Shown: positions 39,808-49,000 of the stretch, piece by piece
How the letters are laid out: the number at the start of each line of letters is the position of its first letter
How positions within the stretch are numbered: the first letter of the stretch is position 1
Origin: a virus
Lineage: Duplodnaviria; Caudoviricetes
Direction: 5' to 3' (one strand)
Virus record (IMG/VR): IMGVR_UViG_3300005281_000021
Span: 18,783 to 82,782 of that record
DNA length: 64,000 bases
The notes under the pieces: generated by a model
Told to the model about the DNA's origin: nothing
The model's database searches: none
The model's input: the letters and a program-made list of their open reading frames with translations, nothing else
Made by a program: the position numbers and the translations under genes

Positions 39808-40253
39808 GCCGGTTTGCCCAGCTGAACGAGCACCGCAGGCCGGTGCCGAACAAACTCGCCGCGCGGGAGCTGAGCGCCATCATGGCGCCATTGACGAACG
39901 CCCTGATCGCCTTCCGCCTCGGGCGCGGCAGCGACGACCACTACAACGACCTCGCCGCGGCCTTCGTCATCGCCCAGGAGATCGCCGCGCTGGTGCCGCG
40001 CCACCGGCCCCTGCAGGCTGAGCTGCAGCCGTGCGTGCAGGCGCTGCACCGCATCTGGGAGCGCCGACGGCAGCGCACCATCCCAGACGCCCCGTACACC
40101 GGCCTGCCCGAGGAAATCGACGAGGTAGAGAACGGCGTCCAGATATACCGCGGCCTGCTGCTGGCCACGCCCGGCAAGACCGTCCTGCGAGCCATCAGCC
40201 GCGCCATGGACGCCATCAAGCGGGCCGAGCCCGCCCCGGAGGTGGCGGCATGA
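39804..40253 (+). CDS. Hypothetical protein
   Basis: ATGA coupling; GAGG SD. Confidence 0.65.
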   Translation: MSRFAQLNEHRRPVPNKLAARELSAIMAPLTNALIAFRLGRGSDDHYNDLAAAFVIAQEIAALVPRHRPLQAELQPCVQALHRIWERRRQRTIPDAPYTGLPEEIDEVENGVQIYRGLLLATPGKTVLRAISRAMDAIKRAEPAPEVAA

Positions 40254-40423
40254 AGCTGAAACGCTGCCCGCGTTGCCAGGAAACCATGGCGGCAGACCTG
40301 ACCAACTTCGCTCCCAGGGACAAGCGCGGGCGACTGGACGGCTGGTGCCGGATCTGCCGCAGCGAGGATCAGATCGCCCGATATCACCGACGCAAGCAGC
40401 TCACGACACCGGCACAAACATGA
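40250..40423 (+). CDS. Small C4 zinc-finger protein
   Basis: KRCPRC..NF..WCRIC; GGAGG SD. Confidence 0.6.
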   Translation: MKLKRCPRCQETMAADLTNFAPRDKRGRLDGWCRICRSEDQIARYHRRKQLTTPAQT

Positions 40424-43010
40424 CGCAGCCGGGGTCACGTGGCCGCACGACCATGTGGCGCTCGGCGCAGGTTTTCGTCTCCTCGTTGAACGCCAGGCAG
40501 CGCCCGCACACCTCCCCGGCGGGCAGATCCTCGACCATCTGCAGCACCGGCTCAGGCAGGCCCGGCATGACATCGCTGACCGCCGCCCGCCGGGCGCTGA
40601 CCTCGTCCTCGATCGGCATGACGAACATGGACGTGCCGTGGGCGCGCGCCCAGGCGACGTCGCAGAGCATGTTCGCATAGCTGGTGTGCGGGTCGATGCC
40701 GACCTTCACCACCCGGCGCCGGTACTTCTTCTCTTCCTCGTCCTTCTCGGCAACCAGCGCGGTCTTCGTGAAGTGCAGGAACGCCAGATCCTTGCAGACC
40801 GAAACGGTCTTCCGGACGCCCTTCTCGAACACCTCCTGCACGAGCGCCGCAGGATCCGGAAACAGGCACAGGCGCTTGACGAACCGCGCCATGGACACCT
40901 GCATGCACTTGTACTGGTCGAGGGTGACCGTGTACCGGTCGCGCTCTTCTTCCGACGTGCGGCGCTCCGAGACGTCCAGCTTCGGCGCGTCGCCCCAGCG
41001 CAGCATCTCGTCCTTGATGTCCGCGTAATTCGCCAGGAACACCCGGCCCTGGTGGCGCTGCGCGAAGCGCTTCGCGTCGTTGTAGTTGGGCAAGGTTTCC
41101 ACGACGCAGCACTGCACGCCGTACTGCTCCATCAGCTCCGAGCACCTGGCGAACGGGTCGGCGTCGTAGATGTACTCCAGGTGCACCACCGCCTGGCGTC
41201 CGTCCGGCAGCCGCTCCTTGATAATGGCCACGTTGAAGTTGCCCATCTGGTCGATGCCCATGAACGTGCCGCGGGCGCGCTGCTTCCACACCAGCCCCGC
41301 CTCCATCCCGAGCCGGGCGCAGTCGTTCAGGATTTCCAGGGTCACCGGCACCTGGGACGGGTCGGTGTACGGCTTGCCGAGCTTGCGGTTATAGAAGTTT
41401 TTGAGGTCGTCGGCGGAGTTGTAGGCCTCGATGATCTCCCGCGGCGTGATCGTCGGCGACAGGAACTGAGGGTAGTGCAGCGAGACGATCTCCGCGTCCG
41501 GGTTCTTCGGGATCCACTCGCCGTCCTGCGGGTCGTCGATCCAGCCGCCGCAGTGCTTGCAGACGTACCGGTAGTCGCCTAGCACGGTCGCCGTGGTGCC
41601 GTCGGCGCGCCGGATCTCCCGCGGATATTCCGGGTCGAAGCGGATGCAGTCGGGGAAATACTCGTCCAGGACATTCCCCTGCCCGCACGACGGGCAGCGG
41701 GTGTGGAACTGGTGCTGGGTGCCGCGCTTGTACCAGAAATTGATGTCCTCGTCCGGCCAGTTGGCAGTCGACCCCATGAGGGTGAACCGGACGTCAGACG
41801 CGGACAGGCGCTCGCGGGTCTTTTCCATTTCTGCGATGGACATTTCCTGCACCTCGTCGAACGAGAGCACGTCCATCGGAAACGACTCGGTCATGGCCTT
41901 GCCGGACGTCCACAGAAAGTGGAACCGGCTGCCGCCCATGTTCCGGATGAGGATGTTGCCCTCCCCGGTACGGCGCCGACCACCGGCGTCGTCGGCCACC
42001 ATGCGCTCGTAGGCAGCCGGTACCGTCCGCACGATCGGCATGAACCGCTCGGACGACTTGGCGCCGGCCAGCTTCATATCCGGCAAGTACATCCCGATCT
42101 TGCACGGCTCGAACTTCAGCGCGAGATAGATCGCCGCCAGCATTTCCATGACGGTGAAGCCGACCTGCGCGCACTTCTGCATCACCACCGTGCGCCCGTA
42201 GGCCTCCTTCTTCGTCGACGGGATCTGCTCGTAGACGAAGCGCATGCTCGGGCGGTTGGACAGGGTGAACGGCTTGCCGTCCACCTTCAGGCCGGTCGAC
42301 TCGAGCCGCTCGCACCACTGGATGAAGGTCTCGTCCTCGCCGATCACGCGCTGCGACGACGACAGCTCCACGTGGTGGTCGAGGAACTCCGCCAGCACGC
42401 GCTGCTGGTACGACAGCTCGTCGAGATTCTCGGCCTCATCCCGGAACGACGCCGGCAGGTGCGGGTTGCAGAACGAGTCGAACTGCCAGACGGACCAGTC
42501 CGGATCCGTCTGCCCGGTCTTGAACAGCTTGTAAAACCCGTTGCGCTTGCCACGCGGAGTCGACAGCAGCCATGCGTCGCCCTTGTAGACCTTCAGCGAC
42601 GGGCGCAGCACGTCCTCCCACAGATCCGCCAGGCGGTCGGCCCGGGCGGCGTCGTCGACCACGATCGTGCCGTACTGCTCGTAGCACTCCGAGAAGTCGT
42701 CCAGGGCATAGAAGTCGATCAGGCCGGACGCCAGCTCGACTCGCTTCGCGTTCACCCGGCGCTTGATGGCCGGCTCGACCAGCCGCAGGATCCGGCGCCG
42801 ATCCTCGATCAGGTCGGACGTGGTCGCCGAGAACCACGCCACCGGATAGCCGCGCAGCGCCCCCTGCCGGCCAGCCAGCAGCACCTCGATGCCCAGCGTG
42901 GTCTTGCCGGCCTTCTCGCCCATGGCGACGACGTTAAACCGGCTGGCGCGGCTCAGGGTCTTCTGTTGAGCGGGATGCGGGTCAGGAAGGATGACTTTGA
43001 TCTCGGCCAT
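40401..43010 (-). CDS. terL: Terminase large subunit (gpA-like ATPase and nuclease) with extra N-terminal ATPase-like domain
   Basis: GEKAGKTT/IVVDDA/STPRG, then KCAQVGFT/FDEV/CPSCG/GIDQMG. Confidence 0.9.
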   Translation of the reverse strand: MAEIKVILPDPHPAQQKTLSRASRFNVVAMGEKAGKTTLGIEVLLAGRQGALRGYPVAWFSATTSDLIEDRRRILRLVEPAIKRRVNAKRVELASGLIDFYALDDFSECYEQYGTIVVDDAARADRLADLWEDVLRPSLKVYKGDAWLLSTPRGKRNGFYKLFKTGQTDPDWSVWQFDSFCNPHLPASFRDEAENLDELSYQQRVLAEFLDHHVELSSSQRVIGEDETFIQWCERLESTGLKVDGKPFTLSNRPSMRFVYEQIPSTKKEAYGRTVVMQKCAQVGFTVMEMLAAIYLALKFEPCKIGMYLPDMKLAGAKSSERFMPIVRTVPAAYERMVADDAGGRRRTGEGNILIRNMGGSRFHFLWTSGKAMTESFPMDVLSFDEVQEMSIAEMEKTRERLSASDVRFTLMGSTANWPDEDINFWYKRGTQHQFHTRCPSCGQGNVLDEYFPDCIRFDPEYPREIRRADGTTATVLGDYRYVCKHCGGWIDDPQDGEWIPKNPDAEIVSLHYPQFLSPTITPREIIEAYNSADDLKNFYNRKLGKPYTDPSQVPVTLEILNDCARLGMEAGLVWKQRARGTFMGIDQMGNFNVAIIKERLPDGRQAVVHLEYIYDADPFARCSELMEQYGVQCCVVETLPNYNDAKRFAQRHQGRVFLANYADIKDEMLRWGDAPKLDVSERRTSEEERDRYTVTLDQYKCMQVSMARFVKRLCLFPDPAALVQEVFEKGVRKTVSVCKDLAFLHFTKTALVAEKDEEEKKYRRRVVKVGIDPHTSYANMLCDVAWARAHGTSMFVMPIEDEVSARRAAVSDVMPGLPEPVLQMVEDLPAGEVCGRCLAFNEETKTCAERHMVVRPRDPGCVMFVPVS

Positions 43011-43067
43011 CAGGCCAGTGTCGCATCACGACAAAAATGAGTAGCCCCGCCGGAGCGGGGCTGTGCG

Positions 43068-44126
43068 TCAGGTCTGCACGTGGATGACTGAGTGTCCCTT
43101 TTCCGCCGCCCACTTCTTAGCCTGCTCCTTTGCCTCAGAGTAGGAAGTGCCGGACTGCGCCATGAAGAAGTGCTCGCCGGGTTTATCGCCGTGCTTACCG
43201 AAGTCGTGCGACTTGTGAGGCGAGAAGAACCACATCCCGCGACCGGACGGCTTCTTGCCATGGGTGAACTGGTAGTGGTCATCTCCGCGCACCTCGACGG
43301 AGGACGCCGGGATCTTCTTGTTCCCGCCGTCGGCGGTCGGCTTGTTCTTCGCTTCACTTTCACGAAGCATGCTCGCAATGACTTCGTGTTGATTGGCGTG
43401 CTTTTCGTGATACGCGCGGATAACATCGTTCTTCGCGCGCTTCGCTGCGGCCTTGTGAACCAAGGCAGCATGCTGGTGATAATCCGACTCTCCTGCTAGG
43501 TGCGCGACTTTGGTGGCACGTTCAGAATCCAGGAGGATTTTGCGCTCTTCAGGATCGGAGGACAGTTTCGCAACATGCTCCGCCATAGAGATAGGCTGAG
43601 ACCCAGAAGAATGCCAATATTTATCCTCGTGCTCCTTCAGACGGTCAGCGGCTGATTTGCCAGCCGCGCCGGCCTCGCCGGACGAATTCTGGCCGTGCTG
43701 CTGCTTCCAGCCTTCGAGAATCTTTGCATAGGCCGCGGCACTTTCCGGACCGGGCGTCCCACCGGAATGCTGGACGTGGTCGTTTTGGACCAGCATGTTC
43801 CCGAGGGCCTTGTTGTGCACCACCGACTTCCCGTCGCTCTGGCCGACATAGACCCCGACCGTTTGTGTTTTCGGGTTATCCGGGTGCGGGATTTTGACAT
43901 GCTGTCCAGGCACGAACCCCGAATGAGGATGCGGCGTGTGTTCGACAGAATTCAGCTTCGACGCGCGCATCACGGGCTGCTTCGGCGCGGCAGCCTGCCG
44001 GCTGTCCTCGTGCGCCTGCACGTAGGTGCCGTCCTTTCGGGTGTAGGCGGAGACGTGGGCCTTCGCCAGCGTTTCGAGCTGGCCAGCGGTTTCAGGTCGA
44101 CAGAAGAAATAAATCGGGGCCTTCAT
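43068..44126 (-). CDS. Putative head-packaged modular protein
   Basis: LAK|AHVSAYTRKDGTYV module shared with the NUDIX protein; late motif at 44158-44165 and GAGGA SD. Confidence 0.65.
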   Translation of the reverse strand: MKAPIYFFCRPETAGQLETLAKAHVSAYTRKDGTYVQAHEDSRQAAAPKQPVMRASKLNSVEHTPHPHSGFVPGQHVKIPHPDNPKTQTVGVYVGQSDGKSVVHNKALGNMLVQNDHVQHSGGTPGPESAAAYAKILEGWKQQHGQNSSGEAGAAGKSAADRLKEHEDKYWHSSGSQPISMAEHVAKLSSDPEERKILLDSERATKVAHLAGESDYHQHAALVHKAAAKRAKNDVIRAYHEKHANQHEVIASMLRESEAKNKPTADGGNKKIPASSVEVRGDDHYQFTHGKKPSGRGMWFFSPHKSHDFGKHGDKPGEHFFMAQSGTSYSEAKEQAKKWAAEKGHSVIHVQT

Positions 44127-44173
44127 GGGGTTCCTCGCAATTTCCAGGAAGTCTCGCATCACGACCAGGCTGC

Positions 44174-44653
44174 TCACTCACCGATGACCGTGACGTGGAT
44201 CTTACCGCTTGACTTCTTGCCACGACGCGTGGCCCGCTTGCGCGGCGCAGCGCCGGCCCGGCGCGCCGCCGGCTTCTTTGCCGGCAGGAAGTCGTCGTCG
44301 AAGTCGAACAGGCTGCCGCTGGCGCGCCGATCCCCGGCATACGGCGGGGTCGGCTGCAGGTCGGACATGATCGACCAGACGCGAGAGTAGGCACCGTGCA
44401 GGCGATGGTCGAGAACCGTGGCCTTGAAGTTGCCATACGCCATGGCGGCGACGTGCTCGGCGAGCTTGGCCGCAACGGTGTTGCGACTGACCACCGCCCG
44501 GTAGCGGTAATCCGAGGTCAGGCTTTGCCGCACCTTGACCCCTGGGAACACGCGCTCAATGTCCCCGGGACGGCGAGCGCGCACCAGCAGCTGATCTGGC
44601 TTGCAGTCTTTGTGAACGATGGACAGGAAGGCGTCCGGCAGGCAAATCCACAT
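44174..44653 (-). CDS. Hypothetical phage protein
   Basis: MWI....FLSIV..LLVRAR..DYRYR..Y.NFK; GGAG SD. Confidence 0.7.
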   Translation of the reverse strand: MWICLPDAFLSIVHKDCKPDQLLVRARRPGDIERVFPGVKVRQSLTSDYRYRAVVSRNTVAAKLAEHVAAMAYGNFKATVLDHRLHGAYSRVWSIMSDLQPTPPYAGDRRASGSLFDFDDDFLPAKKPAARRAGAAPRKRATRRGKKSSGKIHVTVIGE

Positions 44654-44716
44654 AGCGGTCTCCAAAAAGTTGACCGCAGTGTAACTCAAATTTGAACAAT
44701 AAGTGGCTGAAATTGC

Positions 44717-45574
44717 TCAAAAAATACTAGCCTGTCCGGATTGGGCCTTTTTGGGCGGATCGCCCGCACCAATCGCCTGCGCCAGCCCATGGTCGGTCGC
44801 CATGTTCAGCAAGTCGTACAGCTTGCCCTTCGGGCACAGCGAGACCGCTTGCGACTCCCAGCCCATGGCGGCGGGCGTCCCGCCCACGCGCACCGCCCGG
44901 TACATCCTGGCAACCGACGTCGTGCGCTTGAAGTCGCCCACGAACCCGACAATCCGCAGCTTCAGGCCCGTCTCCTCGAAGGCCTCCTTCAGCGCGGTCG
45001 CCTGCAGGGACATCCCCGGCTCCGCCGTGCCCTTCGGGAACGACGCCTGGTAGCCGCCGAACTGGTTGGTCGGGTGCGTCAGCCATACCCGCCCGTCCGG
45101 CTCTTCCACGATGACGCCGGCGCTGATCTTCATGCCGGGCGGCACGTGCAGAGGCGGCTCATCGAGGTCGTCGTCCACCCCGTCGTAGTATTCCCAGCCC
45201 TCGTCGGTCTTGGGGTGGTCGGCCCAGGGCGACAGCGGGACGCCGTGCAGCTCCGCCGGCACGGCGCCGCCAGGCACGAAGGTCGCCACGGCCTCCGGGT
45301 CGGACCAGGTCGACGGCGGCGTGGGCTTGGACGGGTAGTGGATCATGACCTGCTGGCCATAATGGTCAGGCTCCGGGTGCGGCTTGGCGCCAGCCGGAAG
45401 CGGCTTCTTGTCGACAGGCGGAGCCGGCGGCGGCGCAACCTTGGCCGAGTGCGCGCCAACGGCGGGCGGCTTCGGCTTGGCCGCGGGCGCCTTGGTCTCG
45501 TGCGGCTTGACGTAGGTGCCGTCCTTTCTGGTGTAGCCCTTGACGTGGGCCTTGAGAAAAACAATAGGCTTCAC
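44717..45574 (-). CDS. NUDIX hydrolase with N-terminal HVKGYTRKDG module
   Basis: Nudix box G.AEPG...TALKEAFEETGL. Confidence 0.85.
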   Translation of the reverse strand: MKPIVFLKAHVKGYTRKDGTYVKPHETKAPAAKPKPPAVGAHSAKVAPPPAPPVDKKPLPAGAKPHPEPDHYGQQVMIHYPSKPTPPSTWSDPEAVATFVPGGAVPAELHGVPLSPWADHPKTDEGWEYYDGVDDDLDEPPLHVPPGMKISAGVIVEEPDGRVWLTHPTNQFGGYQASFPKGTAEPGMSLQATALKEAFEETGLKLRIVGFVGDFKRTTSVARMYRAVRVGGTPAAMGWESQAVSLCPKGKLYDLLNMATDHGLAQAIGAGDPPKKAQSGQASIF

Positions 45575-46062
45575 CGAGGATACCCCATCAAAAGCTCGGC
45601 CACGCTGCCCAGCGCGTCCCGCAGGTGCTGCTTGGCAGCCGGGTCGGACAGGCGCCCGGCCTCGTGCTCGACCGCCACGTCCGTGATTGAGCGGGCCAGC
45701 TCGAGGAACAGAGTCTCGCCAGGGTCGGCGTCATCGGCCACGGCCAGGACGCGCCGGATCTGGGCACCCAGGGATTGCTTATTCCATGGCAGGGCAGCAA
45801 AGTCACCAGAGCGGCCCATGAAAATGTCGCCCCACTGGCGCGCAGCCGCGCGGATCCGCCGCTTTGCCTCGTCGCCCGAGAGCTTGCCGCGGTTGTAGTC
45901 GGTTCGGATCCCGATCACCTCGGTCGCAAAGTCCCTGACCAGGCCATTCACGACAGTCGGGTCGCCAAGGGACGGCTTGCCGCCCTCCGGCCACCCCAGA
46001 TCCTCCTGCCGCCCGCGGTCGGCAGCCCGCTCCCGAGATCCTTCAATTTCGCGTTTGTCCAT
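45571..46062 (-). CDS. Hypothetical helical protein between ART and NUDIX genes
   Basis: Operon spacing; stop overlaps NUDIX start. Confidence 0.6.
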   Translation of the reverse strand: MDKREIEGSRERAADRGRQEDLGWPEGGKPSLGDPTVVNGLVRDFATEVIGIRTDYNRGKLSGDEAKRRIRAAARQWGDIFMGRSGDFAALPWNKQSLGAQIRRVLAVADDADPGETLFLELARSITDVAVEHEAGRLSDPAAKQHLRDALGSVAELLMGYPR

Positions 46063-46074
46063 ATCGATACCTGG

Positions 46075-49000
46075 TTACTTCGGCAAGCCAAGGTCGGGTG
46101 GCAGCATGAGCACCTCAAGCTCGAGCCGCTCGCCGTATTTCGATTCGTCATTGACCATTTGTTTCGACAGTATCACGAACCGGGCATTCGGCAGAGTGGT
46201 GACCTCCTTCTCGGACTTGTAAGAACCCGAGCCGAACGACTCCACCCCCCGGGCACCCTTGGCGTACCTGATGACCACCCGGTGTTTGCCAAAGCTCTTT
46301 GTGGCGGTCGGAGAATACGACGCGCACATCGGGCCGGTGGCCTGGAACACGGTGCCGTCCGGCGCCGAGAGGATCTTCTGCACCATCGAATCCGTCATAT
46401 TCTGCCACCGGTAGATCGTCGTGCCCTCCGGTTGCTCGGTCGAGTAGTCAAGCGCGGCCTTCGCCACTTCGGCCAGGGAGTGGCCAGAGTGGTCCTCCTT
46501 TTTCCCCTGGCGGAACAACTCGTTGTAGGAGCCGGACGCCTGCACGGAATCGATAAAGTGCTTCGCCAGCGGCGGCGCATTCTTGTACCGATCGTAGGCT
46601 GCATCGATCGCCGCTTTGGTGAGGTGCTGGGTCTTCTTCGGCTTCAGGTGCTCGACCGAGCTGACGGAGCCCAGCGCCACCCAGAAGCCGAGCTTCTCGT
46701 TGGAATTGGCGCTGCTGACCGTCGTGCCGAACGGCTTCGGCGGGAACGCCGCGTCCAGCGCCTCGACCGTCGAGACCTCCTGGGCATGGAACAACTTCAG
46801 CGGGCGCGGCGGGTTGGCGATCTCGTCCAGGTGCTGCACCAAGTCCTGGTGCAGCTGCACGACGTGCTTGGACGGGTGCTCCGAGATCGGGAGCAGCTTG
46901 CCGGTCTTCTGCCCGGTCTCCTTGTCGATCTGCTCGAACTTTAAGCCCCTCAGCGCCGGCAGATTGCCCTGCTTGGCGATGGCCAGCATTTCCTGCTCGA
47001 TGGCAGTGTTTGCCTGGTTGATGTAATCCTTCGAGGACAGGCCCTTACCCGGCCCGTGCCAATTCAAGAAATCGTGCGCACTGGGCAGCTTCTCTGGGTC
47101 AACCGGCAGCTTGGTCGGATCCAGGCGCTTCTTCTTTTCCTTCTCGGCGAACTTGGCAGCCTGCGGGTACTGAGCGAGCAGGTCCGCCTTGCGCGCGAGC
47201 AGGGTATCGATGAGCTTCTTGCGGTTCGCCTCGCTGCCCGGCCCGTACATCATGACGACGGCGCGCAGGGCCTCGTCGTCGATGGCCGCGATCTTCGCCA
47301 CGCCGGCGGCAATGTCGGCCTCGGAGATGCCGGCGAACATGGCCGAGGCCTGCGGGTTGATGTTCGGGTCAAGCAGCGTCTTGGTCTCGTTGACGGTCGG
47401 CGTGAACGGCTTCTTCTTGCCGCGGGCGCGGTACGCGAGCGACGCGCCGACGTCGATGCGTACCGGCTTGCCGTCCGGCTTGAGCATGACGTTGTCGTGC
47501 ACCTTACCGGCAACGTCGTAATTCGCCAGCCAGGCATCGGCGGCGAAGCCCGCCTTCACGCCGTGAACCTGGCCGGATGCGAGCGCCGCGGCGTCGTGCT
47601 TCAGCTCCGGATCCATCAGGCTGGCGATGCCGATCTTCCCGTCCCTGGAGATGAGCCGCGTGAAAGGCACATCCACCCCGGCCAGGGCGTAGAGCTTCGC
47701 GGCCAGCACCTCGGAACGGGCGTGGTCGGGATCCTTCGGGAACTTGCAGTAGTACTGCGCGCCGTCCGGCGCCGCGAACACGCCGCCGGGATTCGACCCC
47801 TTCTGGCCACCGACCTGCTTCCAGCCGTCGATGCTGATCGGGGAGCCGCCAGACTGGACCTTGTGCCAGTGGCCATCGTGGAATACGAGCATGCCGTCGG
47901 CGCCCTGCTTGATGTCGCCCTCCTTCGGGCCGTCGTCGGCAGCCTTGGCCGGCTCTGCCTGCGTCTTGACCTGGACGCTAACCACCTTCGGCGCACGCGA
48001 CGGCAGACCGACTGCCTCCTTCGCGAACGCGACCGCCTGATCCTCGGTCGAGTAGAAATTCACCACCGGCTGGGCATCGCCGGCTTGGGTGTTCTTCACC
48101 GTCACGCCCCACTTCCCGTCGGCGTGCTTGTGAACCATCGCCGCCATGCCGGCGTCCTGGTTGAAGAAGGAATGCGCCAGCTCGGGCTCGGGCTTGGGCT
48201 CGGGCTTGGGCAGCATATACGGCTTCCAGGGGATCTTCTTGACGTACCCGATCTTGCCGCCCGGCTTGGCGACGGCGATCTCGTAGTCCAGGTGCACCAT
48301 CGGCACGCCGTTCTGGTTGAGCTTGACCACCCCGGAATGAGACTCCGTGGTCATGAACGCCCCGGCCTGCGTCCAGGATACCTTGTCGCCCGGCTTGACC
48401 CCGACCTCGGCCATCTTGGCCTGCATTTCGGCGCCGCTCTTTTTCGCCGTCTCCGCGGAGATCGCCTTATGGGTGTGGTACAGGCCGACCAGAACAGGGT
48501 AGACGTGCTCCTTGTACTCGGGGGAGCTGACGTAGCCCGTCCACGTCATGCCCAGGTCGGTGGCCCGCTGCTTCGCCCAAATGAGCGCGTCCTGGTAGGA
48601 GTCGAAGTGCGGCACCTGGACCGGCGTCGCGGCCTTGGACGGCGCCGCTGCGCCATTGCCGCCCGACAGGATCCCGTCGACGCGCAGCAGGTACGGCCCG
48701 CTGCCGACGACCGACACGCTGATGCCGGCGGCCTGCGCATGCAGGGCGAGCGACTCGGCCTTGTCCTTGTCGCCGAACATCACCGGGTGGCCGTTCTTGT
48801 GCTCTGCCAGCAGCATGCCGTGGGCGGCGTTTTCCGCCACGCCATAGCCGGCGGCGTGGACGGCGTCGGTGATCTGCTTCTTCTTCGCCGCCACCTGCGC
48901 GGCCATCTCGGCCAGCTTGGCCTGCGCATCCTGCCCGGCGGGCTTGACCGAGACCACCTTCGGCGCCGGCTTGGCGCCCTTCATTGCCGCCAGCAGATCG

